Below, one piece after another: positions 45,250 to 54,398 of a stretch of DNA of 64,000 nucleotides (position 1 is the stretch's first letter; each line of letters starts with the position of its first letter). Location: assembly GCA_015056005.1 (NCBI GenBank), contig SVHB01000002.1, positions 13,188 through 77,187 of the forward strand, in the 5' to 3' direction. Both the position numbers and the translations under genes were made by a program. Source of the DNA: Clostridiales bacterium. GTDB taxonomy: Bacteria; Bacillota; Clostridia; Christensenellales; UBA1750. The notes beneath the pieces are model-generated. The model made no database searches, was not told the DNA's origin, and worked only from the letters and a program-made list of their open reading frames with translations.

Positions 45250-47516
45250 TTTTCGCTCTCCTGAGGCTTTTCGTCGGTATTGCTCTTCGCATCTTCCTTA
45301 TTATCCTGTGCCTGAGGCGCGTTTTCCTTCACTTCTTTCTTTGCTGCGGGTTCAGCCTGCGGGATAGCCTTGGGATCTTTCTTATCAAGCTCAGGATACG
45401 CTACCCTGTTATGATAGAATCCGTTCAATACAAACAGGAACGCCTGCGTTGTCTTTTCGATTTCGGCAAGGGTCAAAGGAGCGTCATCCAGATCACCTTC
45501 GACAAGTCTGCCGCGGATCAGCTTTCTGACCATCGCTTCTATATCCTCGGGGGTATGGCGCTTGAGCGATCTGGTCGCCGCTTCAGCGGTATCGGCAAGG
45601 AAAACTATCGCTGTTTCCTTCCCGTTCGGCTTGGGACCTTCATAGGAGAAATCCTTGATATCCACATTATCGCTGTTTTCGCCCTTAGCTTCAGCGTTCT
45701 TTTTAGCGGTGATATAGAAATAGGAAGCCGCCGTTTTACCGTGATGCTGACGGATTATATCCTCGATCGCCTTGGGGAGCTTATATTTCTGTGCCAGAGC
45801 AACGCCGTCGTTGGTATGAGAGGTTATAACAGATGCGGAAACATATGGATCCATGGTATCATGGGGGTTTACTTCGCCGATCTGGTTTTCCTTGAACATA
45901 ACAGGGCGCTTGAGCTTGCCTACATCGTGATAATACGCCCCTACCCTTGCAAGCAGCTCGTTTGCGCCTATTTCATGGGCAGCGCTTTCGGCGAGATTTG
46001 CAACCAACAGGCAATGCTGATAGGTGCCGGGAGCCTCAAGCTGCAGACGCCTCAGCAGAGGATGATTTGGGTCAGAAAGCTCCATGAGCTTTTGAGGTGT
46101 AACGATTGAATAAACCGATTCAAGAAGCGGCATGAACGCCATGGTGAGCATTGCGGAAAGTATGCCGGAGCCTGCTGAATACGCGGCCGCTATCAGCACT
46201 TCCTTGATGCTTGCCATGGTCATAAGACCTACGCCGCACATAGTCGCAAAGTTCATTACAGCGACGATAAGACCGTTGTAGAGAAGCTTTACCCTCTGAT
46301 TTGCGCGTCTTGTCAGATAAACGGTAAGAGTACCCGAAATGACGGACACAAGGAGCAGATTGAACATACCCGATGCGAGCAGGCCTTCATCGCCCGTTGC
46401 AAGTATACCCACCAAAACCGCCAAAACAGCGTTGCAGATTATCGCAAGCCTCGGTTTCATGAGTATCGCCAGCAGGAACAGGCTCAGCTGCACTGGGATA
46501 AGGTATACATTGACATATCTTATGAATATGCCGAGGATAATTACGATGAGGAACACCGTGATTATAAGACAGATCATCTTCGGCTGCTTTAAGAGCTCCT
46601 TTTCGAGCATGAGCATATAGAACACAATGTTCAAAAATACCAGTACAACGATCAGAGCAAGACCGATATAAAGGTTGATATCAACGGTAGCGTCTTCAAG
46701 CAGACCCAGCTTTGATACAACTTCATACTGCGCCTGAGTCACTATCTCGTTTGCAACAACGATGTTCTGACCTTTTTTATAGATCACGGGCACAACGGCT
46801 GCCTCTGCTTCCGCCCTTGCAAGCTCGGTCGCCGTTTCGTCATAGGAAAGGTTTGCCCTCAGATAATGTTCGGTCATGGTATTGGCAAGGGGGATAAGGC
46901 TCTCGGCGATATTGTAATATCCGCTCTTGAGCTCTCTGTCAAACCTTGCACGTGTGCTTTCGAGATCTTCCTGCATTATGCCGGATTCAATGGTTTCCTC
47001 GATCAGCATTCTGTAGGTATTTGTAAAGCTTACAATCCTTGCATCGCTTGCCATTAGCACGTCCGCGGCTTCATCTCTTGTAATAACGCAGGGCTTGAGC
47101 GCCTCCAAAAAGTCGTCAACAAGCGAGACCGAGGGCATATAGTTGTCCATTTCCGCGGTCTTATACAGCTTTACATGGTTCTGATAGTTGGTGCGGTATT
47201 CAAGCACGACCGCAATGGTATCGGAAACATCCTGAAGGGTCGCTTCAAGCACGTTATCATCCTGTTTTATGATGCTTTCGACGCTTGAGCGAGCTTCTTC
47301 AATGCGTGCCCTTGTGGTCACTTCGTCTTCGATATCCTTTGTGGCGGTGATCGTGCTTTGCGCGATCTCGCCTACAACGAGGTTATGCCTTTTGGGCGCA
47401 ACCACGTTAAAAAGTATGATGTAGATAAGAGTAAAGCCGAGCACGCCTATCAACAGGCTGTAAAAATACGGCTTTATCTTTGTCCACTTTTCAAGCAGCA
47501 TCTTTTTATCGGACAT
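45246..47516 (-). CDS. pgpH: 7TM-receptor HD-domain phosphohydrolase (PgpH/YqfF-type, cyclic-di-AMP phosphodiesterase family)
   Basis: Extracellular N-domain, seven hydrophobic helices, HD domain (AYYHDVGK). Acidic/Lys-rich ~50-aa C-terminal tail. Confidence 0.85.
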   Translation of the reverse strand: MSDKKMLLEKWTKIKPYFYSLLIGVLGFTLIYIILFNVVAPKRHNLVVGEIAQSTITATKDIEDEVTTRARIEEARSSVESIIKQDDNVLEATLQDVSDTIAVVLEYRTNYQNHVKLYKTAEMDNYMPSVSLVDDFLEALKPCVITRDEAADVLMASDARIVSFTNTYRMLIEETIESGIMQEDLESTRARFDRELKSGYYNIAESLIPLANTMTEHYLRANLSYDETATELARAEAEAAVVPVIYKKGQNIVVANEIVTQAQYEVVSKLGLLEDATVDINLYIGLALIVVLVFLNIVFYMLMLEKELLKQPKMICLIITVFLIVIILGIFIRYVNVYLIPVQLSLFLLAILMKPRLAIICNAVLAVLVGILATGDEGLLASGMFNLLLVSVISGTLTVYLTRRANQRVKLLYNGLIVAVMNFATMCGVGLMTMASIKEVLIAAAYSAGSGILSAMLTMAFMPLLESVYSIVTPQKLMELSDPNHPLLRRLQLEAPGTYQHCLLVANLAESAAHEIGANELLARVGAYYHDVGKLKRPVMFKENQIGEVNPHDTMDPYVSASVITSHTNDGVALAQKYKLPKAIEDIIRQHHGKTAASYFYITAKKNAEAKGENSDNVDIKDFSYEGPKPNGKETAIVFLADTAEAATRSLKRHTPEDIEAMVRKLIRGRLVEGDLDDAPLTLAEIEKTTQAFLFVLNGFYHNRVAYPELDKKDPKAIPQAEPAAKKEVKENAPQAQDNKEDAKSNTDEKPQESEK

Positions 47517-47546
47517 TTTTCAGCCCCCTTAATTTTCTATCGCTGT

Positions 47547-48530
47547 CTATCTTTGATGGTTTCTTGTCTTTTCGTATTTGTCGTATGCTTTGACTATGTT
47601 CTGAACAAGCTCGTGTCTTATGACATCCCTGTGGCTCAAGGTCACTATCGCGATATCCTGAACATTTTTAAGCACATCCACCGCTTCTACCAGACCGCTC
47701 TTTTTGCCCTGAGGCAAGTCGACCTGAGTTACGTCGCCCGTTACAACGACCTTGCTGCCGTAACCGAAACGGGTCAGGAACATCTTCATCTGCTCGGAAG
47801 TGGTGTTCTGTGCTTCATCTAAGATGATAAAGGAATCCTGAAGAGTTCTGCCTCGCATATAAGCAAGAGGAGCAACTTCGACGATGCCCTTTTCCTGCAT
47901 CCTTGCATATGCCTCCGCACCAACGAGATCATACATCGCATCGTACAGCGGTCTTAAATACGGATCGACCTTGGTCTGCAGATCACCGGGAAGGAAGCCC
48001 AGCTTTTCGCCTGCTTCAACTGCGGGACGGGTGAGGATTATTCTTTCTACTTCCTTGTTTTTGTAAGCCACTACCGCCATCGCCATTGCAAGATAAGTCT
48101 TGCCGGTACCTGCAGGACCGACCGCAAAAGTGACGGTATTTTTCTTTATTGCGTCAACATAGTTCTTCTGACCTATGGTCTTGCTCTTGATCTGCTTGCC
48201 GCGATAAGTCACCGCGATAACGTCCTGCATTATGCGGTCGATAAGATCGGCATTGCCCTCGGAAGCAAGCTCAATGGCATAGCGTATTCTGGTATGTTCG
48301 ATACGCTCACGCCTTTCTATCATCATGATAAGCTTATTGATAACGGTTTCAGCCAAAGCAGCTTTTACGGGATCACCGTTTATCACAAGCACGGTATCGC
48401 GCTGAAATATCTCCACGCCGAGTTCTTTGCGTATGATATCTATATTTTCATCATAGGGACCGAAAAGCTCGGTAAGTATCTCAATGCTTTCTACCTCTAT
48501 TTTTCGCTGTGCAGCCTCGCTCACTTGCAT
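47547..48530 (-). CDS. phoH: PhoH-family ATPase
   Basis: Walker A GPAGTGKTYLA, DEAQN Walker B, N-terminal KH-like region. Confidence 0.9.
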   Translation of the reverse strand: MQVSEAAQRKIEVESIEILTELFGPYDENIDIIRKELGVEIFQRDTVLVINGDPVKAALAETVINKLIMMIERRERIEHTRIRYAIELASEGNADLIDRIMQDVIAVTYRGKQIKSKTIGQKNYVDAIKKNTVTFAVGPAGTGKTYLAMAMAVVAYKNKEVERIILTRPAVEAGEKLGFLPGDLQTKVDPYLRPLYDAMYDLVGAEAYARMQEKGIVEVAPLAYMRGRTLQDSFIILDEAQNTTSEQMKMFLTRFGYGSKVVVTGDVTQVDLPQGKKSGLVEAVDVLKNVQDIAIVTLSHRDVIRHELVQNIVKAYDKYEKTRNHQR

Positions 48531-48541
48531 TGCTCCATTCG

Positions 48542-49690
48542 TTAATAATATTTTGTATGACCTACCGGTCTTATGACCTCAAAAATACAGCGGCAGATAT
48601 AATTGCCGTCCTTTATTTCACCCGAATATGTAATGTTTTCGGGAACATACCCAAGCGGCAGCTTTTTGATCGCAAGCTCAAACGCCTGCTGACCTGCGAT
48701 GCTTTTTAATTCCGATAAAGGGATATTCTCGTATTGGGTTTCAATTTCGTATTCGGTCACATTTTCAAGCTGAACTCCCAAGAAGAAGCCGTTCAGAAGC
48801 GATATGCTCCTTGTTTCGGTTTCACTTTTATCAAAGGATGAGCTCTTATCCATTATAACATATTTCCACGGTACTTTTAAACGCCTATTTACATTATATT
48901 GCCCCGTTCTCAATATTTTTTCCGCTTTTATACTTTTTTCCGCAGCTGCAGTATACCAGACCCTGCCTTCGACATCGCCAAGCGCAGCAATATATTTTCC
49001 GTTTTCGCTGCCCTCTATCAGAACCTGTCCCTTTTTGACCGTCTGTCCGGGTTCGACTTTTGCGGTACCTTCATACACTTTTACAGATGTTATCACGCAA
49101 TCACACCCGGCTACGATATCGCAGCGCAGGTCGGGATCATACGGATCGGGCGCATAACTTCTCTTTACAGCGTGAATATCAAGGTATACGCCCTTGTTTT
49201 TAAGGGCAATGAACGAGTATTCGGGGTTATCGATAAGAAAGCTTTCTTCGACATCTCTGAAAAACTCTCCGTCGTTTTTTATGCCTTCGTGAACTCCATA
49301 GCTCTCAAGCTTATTTATAATTTCCGTTTTGTCTATTCCTTCTCCGTAGACATCGATAATTCGTATATACCGGGTAAAAGTCGATACAAAGACTATGCCC
49401 GCAGCAAGTCCCACAGGCAGAACGATTCTTGAAGCTATATTTTTAAGTATAAATTTCCATCCTTTTCGATCAGAGAAATATACCCTGCACATGGTCTTTA
49501 CCGCGATCCTGCGCAATTTGTGAATATCGCTTACGCGTATCGTGGCCGTGACCTCTCTGAGGCCACTTTTATACAAGTTTTCTATGATAACTCCGCTTTT
49601 GCCGGCCATATCGATGAATTTATCGGAAAACAAACCTACGACTCGCATTTTAACGGTGTTTTCATAGGGTACAAACACTTTTCCCGCCAT
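48542..49690 (-). CDS. yqfD: Sporulation protein YqfD
   Basis: 382 aa with a central TM helix. Its position directly after yqfC and before phoH matches B. subtilis; the family call is from recall. Confidence 0.8.
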   Translation of the reverse strand: MAGKVFVPYENTVKMRVVGLFSDKFIDMAGKSGVIIENLYKSGLREVTATIRVSDIHKLRRIAVKTMCRVYFSDRKGWKFILKNIASRIVLPVGLAAGIVFVSTFTRYIRIIDVYGEGIDKTEIINKLESYGVHEGIKNDGEFFRDVEESFLIDNPEYSFIALKNKGVYLDIHAVKRSYAPDPYDPDLRCDIVAGCDCVITSVKVYEGTAKVEPGQTVKKGQVLIEGSENGKYIAALGDVEGRVWYTAAAEKSIKAEKILRTGQYNVNRRLKVPWKYVIMDKSSSFDKSETETRSISLLNGFFLGVQLENVTEYEIETQYENIPLSELKSIAGQQAFELAIKKLPLGYVPENITYSGEIKDGNYICRCIFEVIRPVGHTKYY

Positions 49691-49950
49691 CAGTCAAACT
49701 CCACGCTTTTTATAAACCCACTCACCACGGCGCCGTTTGCTGAAAATGCATCCATTTTCAGGTCTGCCCCGCTTATGCTGACCATACCGTCTTCAAGCCT
49801 CAGCTTTATCAGATCATCTTTCATGAACACAACACCCCTATGGTTTTCAATGACAAATCTTTCCCTACCCTCCATTTCTATCACTGTTTTTCCCGATTCT
49901 ATAGCAGTACCGGCAAAGCCGAGATTTTCCAGCAAACGTCTCTTTTCCAT
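49690..49950 (-). CDS. yqfC: YabP/YqfC-family sporulation protein
   Basis: The ATG at 49950 follows AAAGGAGG. 86 aa with the pattern ...ERFVIENHRGV...D..I.L; 1-nt overlap with yqfD. Confidence 0.8.
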   Translation of the reverse strand: MEKRRLLENLGFAGTAIESGKTVIEMEGRERFVIENHRGVVFMKDDLIKLRLEDGMVSISGADLKMDAFSANGAVVSGFIKSVEFD

Positions 49951-50052
49951 TCTGCCGCCTCCTTTCTTGATTATATGCAAAAAATGCTTATGATTTCACT
50001 CAAAGAAACATATCCGACATTTTGTACGTTTATTTACAAGGAGGTAATCGAT

Positions 50053-50763
50053 ATGCCAAACTGGATAACTCACGCGATCATCGCCGACAAACTTTTTCAA
50101 ACCGACTTAAAGCTTGATAAAAATGCCTTTGTGATCGGCAGTGTTGCTCCTGACTGCAACATAGAAAACGAAGACTGGAGCGCCTTTACGCCGCCGAGGG
50201 AAACAACGCATTTTATGAAAAACAATAATAAAGAAACTGCAGATTTTGAAGGGTTTTATAAAAAGTACATTCTAAACAAAACATCTTTACCGGAAGAAGA
50301 AAAGTCATATTTTCTGGGTTATTACGCTCATTTGATATCAGATGCTCGCTTTCAAGCGTTTATAAGAGAAGAATCAAGAGTCAGCGCTTGCTTCTTTCGG
50401 CTCAGTCAATATCCTGAAATACGAATAAAACTGGAAGGTAAACCCATAAATTGGGATACTATAAAGGAGATATTTCCAAAACAGGTGCGCTATAGAGATA
50501 TCGTCGATCATGAAAACGAATATATCATAAATAATCCCAATTCTTGCTATAACACGATACTGCTTACAACCGATGATTATTATGACTTCACCGGAATACT
50601 GCCAACCGACGGAATAAAAAGAAAGCTTCCGATAATGGCGCCGAGGAATAAATCATATCAGTTTTCGAATCAACCACATCTTTTTGTTACTGCAGAAGAA
50701 TATGAACATTACTTGGATTCAACCTCGGCATTCATATATGGTAAAATAAAAAAAGCCCGATAA
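50053..50763 (+). CDS. Hypothetical protein, possibly zinc-dependent phospholipase C-like
   Basis: The ATG at 50053 follows AAGGAGG. The N-terminal MPNWITHAIIADK (W-x-T-H) and later YYAHLISD resemble the Zn-PLC/P1-nuclease-like family; weak call. Confidence 0.4.
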   Translation: MPNWITHAIIADKLFQTDLKLDKNAFVIGSVAPDCNIENEDWSAFTPPRETTHFMKNNNKETADFEGFYKKYILNKTSLPEEEKSYFLGYYAHLISDARFQAFIREESRVSACFFRLSQYPEIRIKLEGKPINWDTIKEIFPKQVRYRDIVDHENEYIINNPNSCYNTILLTTDDYYDFTGILPTDGIKRKLPIMAPRNKSYQFSNQPHLFVTAEEYEHYLDSTSAFIYGKIKKAR

Positions 50764-50777
50764 TTCGGGCTTTTTTT
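50747..50777. terminator. Bidirectional intrinsic terminator shared by convergent genes
   Basis: A7, then gcccga-taat-tcgggc, then T7. Confidence 0.8.
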
Positions 50778-51252
50778 ATGCATTGTACATACCGTTTTTA
50801 GACATATAATCAAAGATGATCTGACCGTGCTCCTGTTCTTCCTTCTGAATGTGGTTCAGTACATTCCTGACATCGGCATTCTTGAACTCGAAGATACAGG
50901 TGTCATATACGTTCGAAACATGCTTTTCGCCTGAGAGAAGATCCTGACAGAGGAACTGATCGTTCTGCTTGTTTGCGTCATTGCAGCCGGTGGGATAAGC
51001 AGCCTGATCATTTGCACCGGGCTTAGCCTTGGCCTGCTGACCGCCCTGAGCGTTCACATTGGGTACGGTGCCGTTCTGGATCTGTTCCAGAGTTTTCAGA
51101 TGCTCCTGTTCCTGCATCTTCAGCTGATCAAAAACAGTTTTGAGATTCATGTCGCAGGCACACTGAGATGCTTTTGTATACTTTTCGATACAAAGCTTCT
51201 CATAGGTCTTCAGATCGTCGATGAGCATAGTTTCTTTCTGAGTAAGTACCAT
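50776..51252 (-). CDS. Spore coat protein, CotF-like (Coat_F domain)
   Basis: LTQKETMLIDDLKTYEKLCIEKY...QEQEHLKTL...; two ferritin-like repeats with a Gln/Ala-rich linker. Confidence 0.7.
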   Translation of the reverse strand: MVLTQKETMLIDDLKTYEKLCIEKYTKASQCACDMNLKTVFDQLKMQEQEHLKTLEQIQNGTVPNVNAQGGQQAKAKPGANDQAAYPTGCNDANKQNDQFLCQDLLSGEKHVSNVYDTCIFEFKNADVRNVLNHIQKEEQEHGQIIFDYMSKNGMYNA

Positions 51253-51288
51253 ATTTTATCACCTCGAATCTATTATGCCCATACATTT

Positions 51289-51993
51289 CTAATATATACT
51301 TCCCTCATCCCCTATTTTGCTCCTTAGTTTCTCGATCGCCTTCTTTTCGATGCGCGATACATACGACCTTGATATTCCAAGCATTTTGGCTACCTCGCGC
51401 TGTGGGAGCGGTTCGTTTCCAGAGATACCAAAGCGCAGATTGAATACTATGCGTTCGCGTTCGTTTAAGGTATCGTTTACGGCATCGAGGATCTTTTTCA
51501 GTTCAATTTTATCGCTCACCTCGTATACGACGGCATCGGGATCGGTGCCGAGTATATCCATATTTGTAAGCTCGTTTCCGTCATTATCGCTGCCTACGGG
51601 TTCATCCAAAGATACTTCCTTTTCAAGCTTCTTGATGGATCGAAGGTACATGAGCACCTCGTTTTCCACGCATCTTGCGGCATAGGTCGCAAGCCTTGTC
51701 TCATGCCCGTACTTATATGTGTTGACTGCCTTTATCAGACCTATCGATCCGATGGAAATCAAATCATCCTGCTCTACTCTGCTTGTAGAAAACTTTTTCA
51801 CCACATGCACAACCAGCCGCATATTATGCTCAATGAGCTTATCCCTCGCTTCCTTATCACCGTTTGACATTCGCTTAAGCAGCTCATCCTCTTCCTTTGC
51901 GCTAAGTGCATTTGGAAAAGAGTTTTTTGAAACCATGTGTCCAAAAAGGAATATCGCTTCGCGTATGAACTCAAACAAGCTTTCTAAAAACAT
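51289..51993 (-). CDS. sigK: RNA polymerase sporulation sigma factor K (pro-sigma-K, uninterrupted)
   Basis: Aligns by eye with B. subtilis SigK including the pro-sequence: ...FLFGHMVSKNSFPNALSAKEE..GDKEARDKLIEHNMRLVVHVVKKF...ATYAARCVENE...GISRSYVSRIEKKA. Confidence 0.85.
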   Translation of the reverse strand: MFLESLFEFIREAIFLFGHMVSKNSFPNALSAKEEDELLKRMSNGDKEARDKLIEHNMRLVVHVVKKFSTSRVEQDDLISIGSIGLIKAVNTYKYGHETRLATYAARCVENEVLMYLRSIKKLEKEVSLDEPVGSDNDGNELTNMDILGTDPDAVVYEVSDKIELKKILDAVNDTLNERERIVFNLRFGISGNEPLPQREVAKMLGISRSYVSRIEKKAIEKLRSKIGDEGSIY

Positions 51994-52021
51994 AAAAACC
52001 CCTCCGGAAAGATTCTTTAGA

Positions 52022-52048
52022 AATCTATGTCAAAGGGATGAAGAATAT
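52022..52048 (-). promoter_or_regulatory. Candidate mother-cell (sigma-E/K-type) promoter for sigK: ATATT-14 nt-CATAGATT
   Basis: Reverse complement of 52048-52044 is ATATT and of 52029-52022 is CATAGATT, with an exact 14-nt spacer, about 28 nt upstream of the ATG. Confidence 0.5.
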
Positions 52049-52065
52049 CGCAAATAAATCAAATT

Positions 52066-52096
52066 GGAAAAAGCCTTCCCATCGACGGGAAGGCTT
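52066..52096 (-). terminator. Intrinsic terminator after cdd
   Basis: Perfect 10-bp stem aagccttccc/gggaaggctt with a 6-nt loop and a T-run on the minus strand. Confidence 0.75.
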
Positions 52097-52102
52097 TGAA
52101 GA

Positions 52103-52513
52103 TTATTTCAGGTTATCGGAAGTAAAAGATGCAGGGATAAGTTCTTTTAACAGGTATGATCTTGTATCATTACCGTTTTGAAGAACGACGCTGAAAATTT
52201 CCGGGTCGCAGAATTCCAGCATGACCTGCCTGCAGACTCCGCAGGGGGCGCAAGGAGCTTCCGCGCTTTCGCCGTGTTTTGCGCCGACTACGGCGATTTT
52301 TTCAAACTCGCGTTCGCCCGCACATACCGCGGTGAAAAACGCAGTACGCTCAGCGCAGTTCGAAGGAGAATAAGCAGAGTTTTCTATATTGCAGCCCATA
52401 TATACTTTGCCGCTTTTGCAAAGCAGCGCTGCACCGACCGAAAAGCCGGAATACGGCGAATATGACATAGCTCTTGCCTTGTGGGCAATTTGTATCAATT
52501 CTTTATCGCTCAC
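52103..52513 (-). CDS. cdd: Cytidine deaminase
   Basis: CAERTAF and PCGVCRQ zinc motifs; 136 aa (homotetrameric type). Confidence 0.93.
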   Translation of the reverse strand: MSDKELIQIAHKARAMSYSPYSGFSVGAALLCKSGKVYMGCNIENSAYSPSNCAERTAFFTAVCAGEREFEKIAVVGAKHGESAEAPCAPCGVCRQVMLEFCDPEIFSVVLQNGNDTRSYLLKELIPASFTSDNLK

Positions 52514-53169
52514 AGCAACCCCTGCTCCTTTACTATTTTGACAACTCTGCTGGTGCCGAGCCTTGCACAGCCAAGGTCAATAAACGCCTGCGCATCATCA
52601 AGTGTTGAAATACCGCCCGCTGCTTTCATTTTCACGTTGGGACCGATATTTGCCTTAAAGAGCTTTATATCATCTATGGTAGCGCCTGCGGTAGAAAAGC
52701 CGGTGGAGGTTTTGATAAAATCAGCGCCTGTGTCGGTCACTATATGGCACATCTCGATCTTTTCCCTTTCGGTCAGAAGGCAGGTCTCGATAATGACCTT
52801 AAGTATCTTATCACCGCAAAGCTGCTTCAAGGATGCAATTTCGTTGCCGACTGCGTTTAATTCGCCGTCTTTGAGCGCTCCGATGTTGATCACCATATCG
52901 ATCTCGTCTGCGCCATCCTCAAGCGCGTCGCCGCACTCAAAAAGCTTGGTCTCCCTTGAAGAATATCCGTTGGGGAAACCGATGACTGTACAAACAGGTA
53001 TCCTGCCTTCAAGGTATTTTGCGCATCTTTCAACATAGCTCGGAGGAATGCAGACAGATGCAGTATTATACCTTAATGCGTCATCACAGATAGCTTTGAT
53101 CTCGGCCCAGGTGGACTGCTGCTTTAAAAGGGTATGATCGCATTTGCTCAAAATCTCTTTTATATTCAT
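52510..53169 (-). CDS. deoC: Deoxyribose-phosphate aldolase
   Basis: CDHTLLK substrate-lysine region and FIKTSTGF Schiff-base lysine block; 4-nt overlaps on both sides. Confidence 0.92.
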   Translation of the reverse strand: MNIKEILSKCDHTLLKQQSTWAEIKAICDDALRYNTASVCIPPSYVERCAKYLEGRIPVCTVIGFPNGYSSRETKLFECGDALEDGADEIDMVINIGALKDGELNAVGNEIASLKQLCGDKILKVIIETCLLTEREKIEMCHIVTDTGADFIKTSTGFSTAGATIDDIKLFKANIGPNVKMKAAGGISTLDDAQAFIDLGCARLGTSRVVKIVKEQGLL

Positions 53170-54392
53170 GATTTATCAAGATCCCTTCTGATAAAATCGC
53201 CCTCGTTCATCGGGATATCACACTTAAATGAAAGCCTTTGCATCGGATGCGGGGCGCTTTCAACGGTTTTGCCCTCGTCATCCCTTAAATCTTCAACCTT
53301 AAAGCTTACTGTACCTTCAGGTGAAAGCCTTGTCAGCGTCTCGCCGTTTAGGAACTTGTTTCTCTGTCTTACATGTACGCGCTTGTTTTCGCTGTCGTAG
53401 GAAATGACATTTGCAACAAAGACGGAATCCTGCTTATATTCCGCAGTGCCGGGAGGAGAATCAGGCTTACCGTAATAAAAACCGGTTGAAAGAGGTCTGT
53501 GGCTTGCGCGCTTGACCTCATCAAGAAGAGTTTTATCAAACGGAGCTTCGGGATCGGCGTAGAAATTATCCATTGCTCTTCTGTATGCGCCGGTAACCGT
53601 TGCCACATAGTATTCGGTCTTCATCCTGCCTTCGATCTTGAGAGAGCTTATACCCGCCTTCAAAAGCTCAGGAACATGCTCTATCATGCAAAGATCGTTG
53701 GCGCTGTAAATATAAGTACCGTTCTCATCCTCTGCTATGGGAAGATACTTACCCGGACGCTTTTCCTCGACCAGCGCGTATTTCCATCTGCAGGGCTGCA
53801 CGCAGCCGCCCTGATTCGCATCCCTGCCCGAAAGGTGGTTTGAAAGTACGCACCTTCCCGAATAGGAAGCGCACATTGCACCGTGAACAAAAGCTTCAAG
53901 CTCAAGATCCTCGGGCAGCTTTTCACGCATGGAGGATATCCTTTCAAGAGAAAGCTCCCTTGCAAGTATTATCCTGCTTGCGCCAAGCTCATACCAATGC
54001 CTTGCAGAAAGGCTGTTTAGTGTGTTCGCCTGTGTGGATACATGTATGGGAAGGTTGGGCGCATGCTCCTTGGCAAGAAGTATAGCTGCGATATCGGAAA
54101 CGATGGCAGCGTCCGCTCCGCTCTTTCCTATCATCTCCATAGTTTTGGCTGCATCTTCCATGTTATCGTCGTACAAGAATGCATTGAAGGTAACATAGAG
54201 CTTTACGCCGCGCTTGTGGGCATAAGAGGCGGCTTCGCTTAAAGCTTCGGCATCGAAATTACCTGCATAAGCCCTGAGCCCGAATTTCTTCGCGCCGCAG
54301 TACACAGCGTCTGCGCCGTAATCGATTGCAGCCTTGAGCTGGGGCATTGCCCCTGCGGGGGATAAAAGTTCAGCCTTTTTCATTTTAGGCAC
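53166..54392 (-). CDS. U32-family peptidase-like protein (YrrO/TrhP-type RNA hydroxylase family)
   Basis: ELLSPAG...LKAAIDYGADAVYCG N-terminus and E..VHGAMC block, typical of peptidase U32. Confidence 0.85.
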   Translation of the reverse strand: MPKMKKAELLSPAGAMPQLKAAIDYGADAVYCGAKKFGLRAYAGNFDAEALSEAASYAHKRGVKLYVTFNAFLYDDNMEDAAKTMEMIGKSGADAAIVSDIAAILLAKEHAPNLPIHVSTQANTLNSLSARHWYELGASRIILARELSLERISSMREKLPEDLELEAFVHGAMCASYSGRCVLSNHLSGRDANQGGCVQPCRWKYALVEEKRPGKYLPIAEDENGTYIYSANDLCMIEHVPELLKAGISSLKIEGRMKTEYYVATVTGAYRRAMDNFYADPEAPFDKTLLDEVKRASHRPLSTGFYYGKPDSPPGTAEYKQDSVFVANVISYDSENKRVHVRQRNKFLNGETLTRLSPEGTVSFKVEDLRDDEGKTVESAPHPMQRLSFKCDIPMNEGDFIRRDLDKS

Positions 54393-54398
54393 AGCTCC

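Noticed and set aside
49951-50052. A sigma-E-type promoter for yqfC (CATATAAT upstream of the RBS).
   Set aside because: The -10-like CATATAAT is present, but no ATATT-like -35 sits at the required 14-nt spacing, so the match is too weak to report as a feature.
51289-51993. A skin-like or other intervening element interrupting sigK.
   Set aside because: The ORF is continuous from the pro-sequence through region 4.2 (234 aa), and no recombinase is nearby.
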